Source of the DNA: Bacteriovoracaceae bacterium UBA6166
Lineage (GTDB): Bacteria; Bdellovibrionota; Bacteriovoracia; Bacteriovoracales; Bacteriovoracaceae
Assembly (NCBI GenBank): GCA_002435795.1
Contig: DIUE01000068.1
Span: forward strand, 58,552 to 122,551
Direction of reading: 5' to 3'
DNA: 64,000 nt
Position numbers and translations under genes: made by a program. The notes beneath the pieces are model-generated. The model did no database searches. It was not told where the DNA came from and was given only the letters and a program-made list of their open reading frames with translations. This document shows positions 18,905-27,784 of the stretch, one piece after another. Within the stretch, counting starts at the first letter, position 1. Each line of letters begins with the position of its first letter.

Positions 18905-19387
18905 ATGAAAAAATCACTACTTATTCTAACACTTGCGTTCCTTACTCAGACAGCTTTTGCAGACTCAAGTGTCGGTTGCGGATTAGGCCAAATTGGACCT
19001 TTTAAAAAGAACTCGATCGTCTCGGCCGTTTTGCGTATGACGACTAATGCCACTTTTTCTTCTCAGCTTTTCGGTATCACCTCTGGAACATCAGGCTGCT
19101 CACAACACTCCATTGTAAAAAATGAAATGCTTCCTATTCACTACGCTGAAGTCAATCTTGATGAAATCAAAATGCAAATGGCGCAAGGAAATGGCGAGTA
19201 TCTCGTAACTTTTGCTGACACTCTTGGCTGCACAAGCCTTGAAGCGAAAGAACGTTTTATGCCAATTGCCCAGTCATCTTTCACTGAGGTGCAAACTTTA
19301 AACGGTGTTGAAATGGTTCAAGTGATGAGAAACAAAATTTCTGCCGATCAATCACTGAATACTCAATGCAATAGCGCTCTACTTTAA
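18905..19387 (+). CDS. DUF3015-like secreted protein
   Basis: Start at MKKSLLILTLAFLTQTAFA (GGAGGA upstream). VGCGLGQ... and FGITSGTSGC resemble the DUF3015 family as I recall it. The track ORF's upstream 56 codons overlap hflX and look spurious. Confidence 0.6.
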   Translation: MKKSLLILTLAFLTQTAFADSSVGCGLGQIGPFKKNSIVSAVLRMTTNATFSSQLFGITSGTSGCSQHSIVKNEMLPIHYAEVNLDEIKMQMAQGNGEYLVTFADTLGCTSLEAKERFMPIAQSSFTEVQTLNGVEMVQVMRNKISADQSLNTQCNSALL

Positions 19388-19392
19388 TTTCC

Positions 19393-21306
19393 ATGGGCCT
19401 AATTTTAAGACTCGTTTTCTTGAATTTAGGCCTTCTCTCACCTTCTCTTCTTTTTGCTCAAAATCTTCAAGAAATTGCTTACTCGAAAGAATGGCTTCGA
19501 CTCCTACATATGGAGAAAACGCTCACAGGCTATAAGAGTAGAGCTGATGGTTTAGGTTTTTTTCTTTCACCCCATGGGAAAACTGATCCTTACGCTGAAC
19601 TTCAAGCGACCCTAAGTGAGTTTGAAAACCCCACTCGAAAAATCGGGGACGTTCAACTTATCCCTCGCTGCGCTTTTCCCGCTCGCGCGCATTTTCTCTC
19701 TCAATTTATCACCCTCAAAGAGACTGCTTGCGAAGTATTTGAAACATGGTTTAAAGCCCTTGATGTCGGCCAGGTCCATCTCATTTTTGCTTCAAGCTAT
19801 CCTGAAAACCCAGCCTCCGCCTTTGGCCATACTTTTTTAAGACTAGAGAAGAAATCGGGAAAAAGCAGAAATGCTTTTCTTGATTATGGACTCAATTTTT
19901 CCGCCGCTACCACAGGGGAAGAAAGTGGAATTACTTTTGCTTTTATGGGAATGATGGGTGGATATCCCGGAATCTATGATGTCATGCCTTATTATATGAA
20001 GATCAAAGAGTATGCGCAGCTAGAAGGCCGAGATCTTTATGAATATCAGATCAATCTCACTCAAGCGGAAATAGACCAGTTGGTTCGCCATGTCTGGGAA
20101 CTCGGAGTGTCGACTCATTTTGATTATTATTTCCTAGATGAAAATTGTTCTTATCAATTACTGACGTTACTTGAAGCGGTAAAACTTGAATGGACTTTGT
20201 CAGATGGCTTTGGACCGTACGTGCTTCCCCACGAGACAGTTCGCCGGCTAATAGACACACCTGAGGCCATCAAAAGAATTCATTTTCGCCCCAGTCTCCG
20301 TCATCAATCTCAAATCAAATATGAAAAGCTGACTCTGGCACAAAAGAAATCAGTCCATTATTTTCTCTCCAATGCCGACTTAGGGAAAGTCCATGAATTA
20401 GAGAACGACCTTTTGCTTTTTGATACCGTACTCAGTTTTTTGCAAATTGAAAAAAACGAAAATCGACGCCGCTATAAAAAAGAATTTCATGAAAGCCTAC
20501 AAGTTCTCAGATCAAAACTACCAGCAGGTGCAGATTTTGAACCGACCTATCTTGAGGCCAGTCAATGGGATAAACTTTCAAACTACGCCAAGCAGTCTGC
20601 CGCCCATTTTACAAATCCATCAAAAAGTTTTGAATTTCTTCTCGGAAGTGATGGTGCCGATGAAAAATTTTTGCAATTCAATTTAAACCTAGGCCTGCTT
20701 GATAAAATTGATCCCCATCGCGGACATCTCCTTTTTAATGAAGTTGATTTCTTTCAATTTCATTTTAGGGCCTGGCAGGAGGCTCAGAAAATCCAGCTCC
20801 ATGAATTCATCTTCGTAGAAATGCTTTCACTCTCACCGTGGTCAAACCTTGACCAAGACTTTAGTTGGCGAGGAAGTCTTCGCTATGCCAAGACAAATGC
20901 CACTCGATTTCAAACTCAAAAAGGACTGATCGCAGGCCATCTGCAAGGCGGGTTGTCTTTCGGTTTAACGGATTCTCTAGTCTTGACGACTCTTTTGGGC
21001 TCAGGTTTTTATCACACGAATCTCTACTCTGAATTCTTATCAGTTCATCCAGATTTAACGCTGGGGTTACTCGGCAATCTACATGAAAAGTCTAGAGTTT
21101 GGTTTGCTGTCTCACCAGAATATCGCTTTCAAAACCCGGGAGAATTTCGACTTCATCTTATAAAAGCCGAAGCTGAGTTAAGCCTTGAACTTCAAGATGA
21201 TCTCATATTGAAATTTCTCTTCAAAGAGAACTATTATCAAAACCAATCATTTTTTGGTCAAAAAAAATCATCTGAAGGTGCGATTGGAGTGAAGAAGTTT
21301 TTTTAG
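19393..21306 (+). CDS. DUF4105 (Lnb N-terminal periplasmic domain-like) protein with long C-terminal extension
   Basis: Signal peptide. PASAFGHTFLRL and YYFLDENCSYQLL match the DUF4105 signature as I recall it. The roughly 300-aa C-terminal half alternates hydrophobic and polar residues and ends ..GVKKFF (aromatic terminus, OMP-like). Confidence 0.6.
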   Translation: MGLILRLVFLNLGLLSPSLLFAQNLQEIAYSKEWLRLLHMEKTLTGYKSRADGLGFFLSPHGKTDPYAELQATLSEFENPTRKIGDVQLIPRCAFPARAHFLSQFITLKETACEVFETWFKALDVGQVHLIFASSYPENPASAFGHTFLRLEKKSGKSRNAFLDYGLNFSAATTGEESGITFAFMGMMGGYPGIYDVMPYYMKIKEYAQLEGRDLYEYQINLTQAEIDQLVRHVWELGVSTHFDYYFLDENCSYQLLTLLEAVKLEWTLSDGFGPYVLPHETVRRLIDTPEAIKRIHFRPSLRHQSQIKYEKLTLAQKKSVHYFLSNADLGKVHELENDLLLFDTVLSFLQIEKNENRRRYKKEFHESLQVLRSKLPAGADFEPTYLEASQWDKLSNYAKQSAAHFTNPSKSFEFLLGSDGADEKFLQFNLNLGLLDKIDPHRGHLLFNEVDFFQFHFRAWQEAQKIQLHEFIFVEMLSLSPWSNLDQDFSWRGSLRYAKTNATRFQTQKGLIAGHLQGGLSFGLTDSLVLTTLLGSGFYHTNLYSEFLSVHPDLTLGLLGNLHEKSRVWFAVSPEYRFQNPGEFRLHLIKAEAELSLELQDDLILKFLFKENYYQNQSFFGQKKSSEGAIGVKKFF

Positions 21307-21395
21307 AAAAGCCCAGATCTAAAGTACAAAGCAAGAGCAAAGATTAAAGCCGCTAGAGCGATTCCAGACAAAATAATCAGAAGATCACGATCCAT
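21303..21395 (-). CDS. possible 30-aa single-TM peptide (not in ORF track)
   Basis: MDRDLLIILSGIALAALIFALALYFRSGLF. ATG (plus cat 21393-95) lies 7 nt after a GGAGG inside the last codons of the receiver gene. Overlaps the DUF4105 stop. Confidence 0.25.
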   Translation of the reverse strand: MDRDLLIILSGIALAALIFALALYFRSGLF

Positions 21396-21396
21396 A

Positions 21397-21792
21397 CTAT
21401 GACCTCCAACTTTTAAATTTCGCTTGCAGCTGCTTAAAATCCTCAATCATAGTAGCGACCTTTAATGGTTTTAAAAGAAGAGGAATCTTTGAGTCATCTA
21501 GCCATTTTTGCGCTGACTCTTCCACATCTTTCTCAAAAGCTAGAGCCGCGAAAGGAATCTCCGAATCTTTCATCAGGCTTTCGATCAGAGACTTATGCTC
21601 TGGATAGCAGAATTTCAGGTCGAATAAGACGAGATCAGGACTAAGGTCATTGATGAGATAATGGGCATCGCCACACTCGGAGGTGGTAAAACACTCGATT
21701 TCGGCCCGCTTGAGGACTTTTTCGACCGTCATTTTGATAAAATCATCGCGCTCAAGATAAAAAACACTTTTCATCGATTCTGCTTTTCCCAT
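21397..21792 (-). CDS. stand-alone CheY-like receiver domain protein
   Basis: 131 aa. YLERDD (acidic pocket), PDLVLFDL (phospho-acceptor position), LLLKPL (conserved Lys). No output domain. Confidence 0.55.
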   Translation of the reverse strand: MGKAESMKSVFYLERDDFIKMTVEKVLKRAEIECFTTSECGDAHYLINDLSPDLVLFDLKFCYPEHKSLIESLMKDSEIPFAALAFEKDVEESAQKWLDDSKIPLLLKPLKVATMIEDFKQLQAKFKSWRS

Positions 21793-21841
21793 TATTTATG
21801 ATAAAAGTTAACAAAACTCCGTTCAAAAGGATTGCCCATCC

Positions 21842-22105
21842 ATGTCATCATCTAAGCCAATTCGCGTGCTCGAGGTCCAAACAAAAGAATGTCTCTTTTC
21901 ATGTGACCATGAAGAGCTTGATCGTGCCTATGAATTCGCGAAGCAGATGGAAGAGCTAGGAATCGAAGTCGAGATTGAGAGTCCAAGTGCCGCTGAGAGT
22001 TTGGCCACAAGCCTAGGCGCCAGTACAGAAGAGCTTGCCCGTGAAATGGAAGAAGAAATGGCTTCCCATGAATGTGATGGCTGCTCAACAACTCCGCTTC
22101 AATAG
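21842..22105 (+). CDS. small acidic hypothetical protein
   Basis: 87-aa ORF, E-rich, no motif recognised. Confidence 0.35.
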   Translation: MSSSKPIRVLEVQTKECLFSCDHEELDRAYEFAKQMEELGIEVEIESPSAAESLATSLGASTEELAREMEEEMASHECDGCSTTPLQ

Positions 22106-22117
22106 AGAATAATCAAA

Positions 22118-22441
22118 ATGTCATTCTATCAAATAACTAAAGAAAAACTTTTAGAGAAATTAAGAGCGAACCTGCTTATCTTACAAAAAGGCATGTCTAA
22201 AGAATCAGATCTTACGAGCTCGATGATTCGCACCTATATCAAGTCGACTAGAGGGCAGGCAAGCAAAGAAGAAATGAAGATCGCTAACAAACAGTTTAGA
22301 AGTTTTTTGAAGACTTTAGGAGTTGGCACTCTAGTGATTCTGCCTTTTGCACCATTAACTTTGCCTGCTGTTGTACTCTTGGGAAAAAAACTTGGGATTG
22401 ATGTGATTCCGGATTCTTTTAGAGACGATGGAGAGCGCTAG
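22118..22441 (+). CDS. LETM1-like small membrane-associated protein
   Basis: SKEEMKIANKQFRSFLKTLGVGTLVILPFAPLTLPAVVLLGKKLGIDVIPDSF parallels the LETM1 core pattern (..DLLRLVPF...IVPF.E.LLP...KLFPNMLPSTF), by eye. Confidence 0.4.
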   Translation: MSFYQITKEKLLEKLRANLLILQKGMSKESDLTSSMIRTYIKSTRGQASKEEMKIANKQFRSFLKTLGVGTLVILPFAPLTLPAVVLLGKKLGIDVIPDSFRDDGER

Positions 22442-22475
22442 TATTTGCGCAGCTCCATCGTATGAAAATTTAAGA

Positions 22476-23375
22476 CTATTTTTCTGGATTTGTTTGTAAG
22501 TGAGAAAGAATATCAACAAGAGTGATTCTGCTCACACCTTCACCGCCACAACCAAATGGTGAAATGCTTGAACAACGATTGCTCACGATACAACCTTCTT
22601 GCGTTCTCACATAATCAGTTGCTCCGCGGACAAGAATTCCTTCAACTTCACCTGTTGAAACATTGATCACCGCTGAGCCTGAGTTCCCGCCGTAAGTATC
22701 AAGATCACTTGTAAAGAACTGCTCACTTGAATTATCTTGAACTGTCGCACCATCTGAAATTTTTGTCGGAAGTCCACTTGGGTGACCGATCACAACAAGC
22801 TCTGAACCAGTTTCAACTTTGCCTTCTTTTCTGAAATTCAAAAAAGGGCGATCACTCACTGGACGATCCAAACGAATCAAAGCAAAGTCTGAGCGTTTTT
22901 CGCTATCTAGTTCATGGTGAAGAACTTCAGCACAATTATAAATCTTAGAATCATCCATATTTTCTAGGTCTAGAACATCTGAACGGTAATCAAATACCCA
23001 TGAGAATCGCTCGCACTGGTCTCCCCCCATAGCAGCTGGAATCACGCAGTGACCAGCAGTCACAAGAAGATCGGGAGCGACGAGAAAGCCTGAGCAATAA
23101 GCCGCCGCGGGCTGATCGTAGAATCTTTCAGTCGTACAAACATTAAACTCTTCTTGGAGCGTGCCGGTTGAAAGGGTTAAACGATCCTCTTTTTTTACCA
23201 ATTTTGATTTTTCAATCATTGCCGCAGTTGACTGGGCATAATCTTGAAACTGGAAATTAACTGAGTCAGCAACATCTACCCGATTATCGGCGCCGTAAAT
23301 AACTTTCGTGCGAGCATAAGCGGATGTGGTGGATAGAGCAGCAACTAGCATTAAACAACTTGTGAACTTTAACAT
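22476..23375 (-). CDS. secreted trypsin-like (S1 family, V8/Glu-specific-like) serine protease
   Basis: Signal peptide, LVTAGHC (His), DFALIRL (Asp), GGNSGSAV (Ser). Confidence 0.85.
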   Translation of the reverse strand: MLKFTSCLMLVAALSTTSAYARTKVIYGADNRVDVADSVNFQFQDYAQSTAAMIEKSKLVKKEDRLTLSTGTLQEEFNVCTTERFYDQPAAAYCSGFLVAPDLLVTAGHCVIPAAMGGDQCERFSWVFDYRSDVLDLENMDDSKIYNCAEVLHHELDSEKRSDFALIRLDRPVSDRPFLNFRKEGKVETGSELVVIGHPSGLPTKISDGATVQDNSSEQFFTSDLDTYGGNSGSAVINVSTGEVEGILVRGATDYVRTQEGCIVSNRCSSISPFGCGGEGVSRITLVDILSHLQTNPEK

Positions 23376-23538
23376 TTTAATTCCCCCTCAAGAATTTTCA
23401 ATAATGGAAAACTAAATCTCAGAAGCTCATTCGTCTTTTGCTCTTTTAAAAACCGTGAAAGAAGTACTTAGAGTGTAAGAAGATGTTAGATAGAGGCTTT
23501 TTAGCTGTAAGAATGGTAAAAATTACAGGTTTTTGGGC

Positions 23539-23568
23539 AAAAAAAAGGCCATCTCTTTCGAGATGGCC
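23539..23568 (-). terminator. rho-independent terminator of rpsA
   Basis: ggccatctc (23547-55), tttc, gagatggcc (23560-68), followed by U8 on the minus transcript. Confidence 0.8.
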
Positions 23569-23592
23569 TTCCTTATTTAGAGAATGAACTCA

Positions 23593-25338
23593 TTACTCTT
23601 CAGATGATCCGTCGATATTGAAGCCTTTAAGCTTATCAGCAAGAGTTGCAGTACGTGCAACTTGTTGCTGGTAGCTTCCGCCATTATTCATAGCGTTTGT
23701 AGCGGCTTTAATTGAAAGAGCGATCTTCTTAGAGTCTTTATCAACAGAGATAACCATAGCTTTTGCTACGTCACCACGGTTGATCACATCAGATGGCTTC
23801 TCTACTCTGTCTTCAGAAAGTTCAGAAATATGGATTAGACCTTCGATCCCAGTTTCTAGCTCAACGAAGACACCAAAGTCAGTTACGCGCACAACTTCAG
23901 CTTCAACGAGTGTCCCAACTGGAAGACGTTGTTCGATCTTCTTCCATGGATCTTCTTCGAGTTGCTTAATACCAAGGCAGAATTTCTGATTTTCTTTGTC
24001 GAGAGAAACAACCATAGCTTCGATTGTTTCGCCTTCTTTGTATTCATCAGCAAGTGGAGTGGTCTTTTTCGTCCACGAAACGTCTGAAACGTGAATAAGA
24101 GCGTCCACTTCTTCTTTAAGGTCAACAAAGATACCAAATTCAACAACTGATTTGATCTTCCCTTTAACTTTGCTGCCAACTTTGTATTTCTTCTCGAGAT
24201 CATCCCATGGGTTTGGCATAAGTTGCTTAAGACCAAGGCTGATTCTCTTGTTTTCGATATCAACATCAAGAACCTGAGCTTCAACTTTTTCTGCAACATT
24301 GAAATGCTTCGCAGGGTTTTTAATCTTACCAGTCCAGCTCATTTCGCTTACGTGGATAAGACCTTCAATTCCATCGTCTAGTTCAATGAAGACACCGTAA
24401 TCTTTTACAGAAACGATTTCACCTGAAACTTTAGTACCTGGAATATACTTCTCTTGAGCTTGTTCCCAAGGATTTGGTTGAACTTGCTTTAAGCCAAGAG
24501 AAACTCTTTCCTTATCAGCATCAAACTTTAAGATCTTCACTTCGATTTCGTCACCGATAGCAAGGATGTTTGAAGGATGCTTCACGCGGCCCCATGACAT
24601 ATCCGTGATATGGAGAAGACCATCGATACCACCAAGATCAATAAACGCACCGTAATCAGTAATGTTTTTCACAATACCTTTCACGATCATGCCTTCTTGG
24701 ATTTGGTTTAGGATTTCGTTTCTTAGCTTGCCTCTTTCCTCTTGAAGGATCGCACGACGAGAAAGAACGATGTTTCCTCTTTTCTTGTTGAACTTAATAA
24801 CTTTGAATTCCATTGTTTTACCAATGTACTTATCAAGGTAGCGAGTTGGGCGTAGATCAATTTGTGATCCTGGAAGGAAAGCTTTCACGCCGATATCGAC
24901 AGAAAGACCACCCTTAACTTTTGCCACAACAGTTCCTTGAAGTGGAGTGCCGCTCTCACAAGCTTCAGAGATTTTATCCCAAGCTTTTAAGATTTCAGCT
25001 TTGTCTTTTGAAAGAACTAGGTTGCCCATAGTGGACTCTAGTTTTTCTAGATAAACTTCAATTGTATCGTTTTCTTTGATTTTGAGTGAGCCATCAAAGT
25101 TTTGGAATTCTCTTACAGAAACCAAACCTTCTTGCTTGTACCCGATATCAACCATGACGTAGTCTGGTCCAATCGTGATCACGCGGCCTTTGAAAACCTC
25201 GCCTTCTTGGAAATTTTTGGTTTGGTTTGACTCAAGAAGTTTACCGAAGTCGGTTAACTCTCTCTCCTCAATGTCCTCTCCGAAAACTACATCGTAGCCT
25301 TCCATCCATTTTTGCTTAACATCTGACAAATTTGTCAT
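23593..25338 (-). CDS. rpsA: 30S ribosomal protein S1
   Basis: 581 aa with six tandem S1/OB repeats (recurring G.V..I..YGAFIDLGG..GLLH.S.. pattern). Confidence 0.97.
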   Translation of the reverse strand: MTNLSDVKQKWMEGYDVVFGEDIEERELTDFGKLLESNQTKNFQEGEVFKGRVITIGPDYVMVDIGYKQEGLVSVREFQNFDGSLKIKENDTIEVYLEKLESTMGNLVLSKDKAEILKAWDKISEACESGTPLQGTVVAKVKGGLSVDIGVKAFLPGSQIDLRPTRYLDKYIGKTMEFKVIKFNKKRGNIVLSRRAILQEERGKLRNEILNQIQEGMIVKGIVKNITDYGAFIDLGGIDGLLHITDMSWGRVKHPSNILAIGDEIEVKILKFDADKERVSLGLKQVQPNPWEQAQEKYIPGTKVSGEIVSVKDYGVFIELDDGIEGLIHVSEMSWTGKIKNPAKHFNVAEKVEAQVLDVDIENKRISLGLKQLMPNPWDDLEKKYKVGSKVKGKIKSVVEFGIFVDLKEEVDALIHVSDVSWTKKTTPLADEYKEGETIEAMVVSLDKENQKFCLGIKQLEEDPWKKIEQRLPVGTLVEAEVVRVTDFGVFVELETGIEGLIHISELSEDRVEKPSDVINRGDVAKAMVISVDKDSKKIALSIKAATNAMNNGGSYQQQVARTATLADKLKGFNIDGSSEE

Positions 25339-25448
25339 ACAGAACCTCTTTCGAAAATCTCGCGATTTTCTAAACTGAAATATCCCCTCTACTGAAGGGT
25401 CAACCCAAATCCTTAAGGATATTGGGATTGGTTTATTTGTGTCGGCGC

Positions 25449-25477
25449 ATAATAGCGAAAAGTGGCCGGCTTTTCAA
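25449..25477 (-). promoter_or_regulatory. candidate sigma-70 promoter of rpsA
   Basis: Minus strand reads TTGAAA (plus 25472-77), 17 nt, TATTAT (plus 25449-54). This leaves a roughly 100-nt leader containing an imperfect hairpin (cccaaatcc ttaa ggatattggg). Confidence 0.4.
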
Positions 25478-25483
25478 GGAGAT

Positions 25484-26662
25484 TTACGGGTTTCGAGCGC
25501 GGTAGAAACGAGAGCGCTTCTCAACACTCTTGTCGTAAACATGAAGCAATTGTTCTTTGTAAGTGGTCACTCCAAACTGCTTCACCAAATCTGAGTAGGC
25601 CATCTTGAGGGCCTTTTGGGAGTCTTTAAAATTAGACATAAGATCCATAATTTTACAGCGCAACTCTCTTGAATCATTTCGTTTATAGGTCTCGGCAATT
25701 TTAGGATATTGCCTCAGAAGTTCAATTGACGCCGTGCTTCTCGTCATCACAACGGGAATCCCACCGAGGAGCGAAGTCACTGTATAATCTTCAATCGCCT
25801 CAAAACTTCGAAGCCCAATCCAGAGATCCATCCATCTTTGAACCTTGATCACTGGGGTTTTGCTCTCGAAAAGAACATCTTGATCAAGACCCGTGTCGAC
25901 GAGATAGTTTCCAATTTCGGTTGTGAGTAGATGTTGATCCCAGGCTTTATCAGAGATTAAAACCAATTTCACTCCGCGATCATTGGGTCTTTGCTCTCGC
26001 AAAACCGCCAGTGCTTGAAAGAGAGGTTTTAGATATTCGATATTATCTTCATGAGCGCCGACGTAGCAGCCAAGCAACCAGTCTTCGTTGAAATTTTCGA
26101 GAAAATGCCCTGAGGTCGGCTGATTTGTTTCTTCTTCATAAAGTCTTTCTTCACCAACTCCAAGACCGCAGAAATCAATCTTGTGGGCAGGTATTCTTAG
26201 TGAGCCCACCACGCCCTCGATCATTTCTTTATTCGGCAGTAGGGTCATATCAATACGAGCAATCAGAGGTCGGTACCAAAAATTATGATAGACCTTTTGA
26301 ATTTCAACATTATGACTGAAAATGAGAGGGACCAACGATTTTTTTCTCAGAAAAAAACTTATTGGCCATAGCATATGTAGATCATAGCACTGAACGATTT
26401 CAATTTCATTTTGCTCAATGATCGTCGGAATACTTCTTAAACGAGTCCATTGTAGTAGCGAAGTGGACATTCGCCCTTGGTGATAAAATGCTTTCATTCC
26501 GTATGACTTCACTTTCAAATCGAGGTGAGAGTCTTGCAATAAATAATAAAAAACTTGATGGCCTTCTGAGGTCAGAATTTTACCATCACGAAGAGCAGTT
26601 CGTTCTATTGTCGACCAGTACTCGCTTGGGCAAATGAGAATAATATTATACTTACGGTCCAT
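25484..26662 (-). CDS. GT-B fold glycosyltransferase (GT4-like)
   Basis: 392 aa. C-terminal ..SFEAIEDYTVTSLLGGIPVVMTRS..IELL resembles the GT4 sugar-donor-binding segment. Last gene of the lipid A operon. Confidence 0.5.
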   Translation of the reverse strand: MDRKYNIILICPSEYWSTIERTALRDGKILTSEGHQVFYYLLQDSHLDLKVKSYGMKAFYHQGRMSTSLLQWTRLRSIPTIIEQNEIEIVQCYDLHMLWPISFFLRKKSLVPLIFSHNVEIQKVYHNFWYRPLIARIDMTLLPNKEMIEGVVGSLRIPAHKIDFCGLGVGEERLYEEETNQPTSGHFLENFNEDWLLGCYVGAHEDNIEYLKPLFQALAVLREQRPNDRGVKLVLISDKAWDQHLLTTEIGNYLVDTGLDQDVLFESKTPVIKVQRWMDLWIGLRSFEAIEDYTVTSLLGGIPVVMTRSTASIELLRQYPKIAETYKRNDSRELRCKIMDLMSNFKDSQKALKMAYSDLVKQFGVTTYKEQLLHVYDKSVEKRSRFYRARNP

Positions 26663-27767
26663 TAGGACTCACTGAAATCGGCACGGCACGGCCTTCAGTA
26701 TATTCTATAAGCTCCCCTTCGATTGATCCAATTTTAACATTGGCTCTAAATCGCAGCAGCTTTTTTTTATCATCAGCGGAAAACCAAAAAAGAATATCTC
26801 CACGTTTTTCCAGCACTCCAGGAAATCTCGTTTCGGCGCGAACGCGATAAGCTTGGATTTTTTGTTTCATCACTCGTACTTCTTCAATTTTTTCGACTTC
26901 CATTTTTAAAAGCCAAAGACGTGTGCGAGTGATAATTGGGTATTCGTAAACATCACCGATCTTATAGGGGAGCCCTCTGGCAAAGGCCAAAGCCGAAAAA
27001 GAGTCCTGAAAAAACTCAGGAGTATAAGCTGTTTTTTCTTCTTCTTTCGTCTGTTTATTTTTAACACGTTTATAAAAAAGAAATGTCTTTCGCTCACTCG
27101 AATCAAAAAGTTGAAGATCATCTACATCTTGACCTGACTCTCTTTGGATCATGGTATAACGAACGGGCACAAGAGTTTCTGCATCCATATATGTCTCGAT
27201 AGAATCATCCAAACGATATATATATTCATAATAACGGGCCGACTTCATGGAGGCTTGAAAATGCAAAACCTTACGATCATTAATTTTTGCTAATGGCTTT
27301 GTTAACATCCGCACTTCGCCAGCATTCAATCCTAGATAGCGGACAACGAAGACCTTTTCTTCGCCGGGCAAATAAACCGGTTTTGCTTGGGCCCAAACTT
27401 TTTTTGAAAGTTCATCATAACTATGAAAAATTTCTGGGTAATCTGTTGAGTCCGAAGGGGAATCATTTGGGAACTCTTTAGGTAAGTCAGCACTTGGAAC
27501 TGGCTTACTAGGTTTTTTTAAAACTATTGGAGGTGGTTTTGGTTTCTCAGGGGCTTTAGATTTTACTGGCGCAGGTGTAGGCTTTACTTCGGTTTTATTT
27601 GGAGCCTCAGCAACAGGTGTTTCATCTCGGCTTACACGAAAGCGATCGATGCGTTCGTCATCAGTTGAGATTGTTTCAATAATATCGGTGTTATCAAGAA
27701 GTGGAGTTTCTCTCGTTGCGCAGCCAGAGAGATAGAGTAAATAAAGGACAAAATATAATTTAAACAT
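26652..27767 (-). CDS. lipoprotein with Pro/Lys-rich linker and DUF3108-like C-terminal domain
   Basis: Lipobox LYLSGC, linker KPTPAPVKSKAPEKPKPPPIVLKKPSKPVP, then a beta-rich domain (YLGLNAGEV...). The DUF3108 resemblance is from memory only. Confidence 0.4.
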   Translation of the reverse strand: MFKLYFVLYLLYLSGCATRETPLLDNTDIIETISTDDERIDRFRVSRDETPVAEAPNKTEVKPTPAPVKSKAPEKPKPPPIVLKKPSKPVPSADLPKEFPNDSPSDSTDYPEIFHSYDELSKKVWAQAKPVYLPGEEKVFVVRYLGLNAGEVRMLTKPLAKINDRKVLHFQASMKSARYYEYIYRLDDSIETYMDAETLVPVRYTMIQRESGQDVDDLQLFDSSERKTFLFYKRVKNKQTKEEEKTAYTPEFFQDSFSALAFARGLPYKIGDVYEYPIITRTRLWLLKMEVEKIEEVRVMKQKIQAYRVRAETRFPGVLEKRGDILFWFSADDKKKLLRFRANVKIGSIEGELIEYTEGRAVPISVSPNGP

Positions 27768-27784
27768 TCATCCTAGTCTACTCG

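Noticed and set aside
22427-22459. Imperfect hairpin (gatgga..gcgc / gcgc..tccatc) between the convergent genes at 22441 and 22476, as a possible bidirectional terminator.
   Set aside because: The stem is interrupted by an internal loop and no U-run lies on either side. This is too weak to call.
23883-24299. 138-aa ORF on the same strand as rpsA in another frame. There are many similar 60-140-aa shadow ORFs inside strong genes, for example 31357..31770 in lpxA, 11180..11548 in suhB, 54388..54908 across fliN/fliM, 36720..37103 in lolD, and 48266..48568 and 50304..50582 in flhA/flhB.
   Set aside because: They lie entirely within ORFs that carry unmistakable family motifs. Their translations are low-complexity or compositionally odd, and none has an RBS or a motif of its own.
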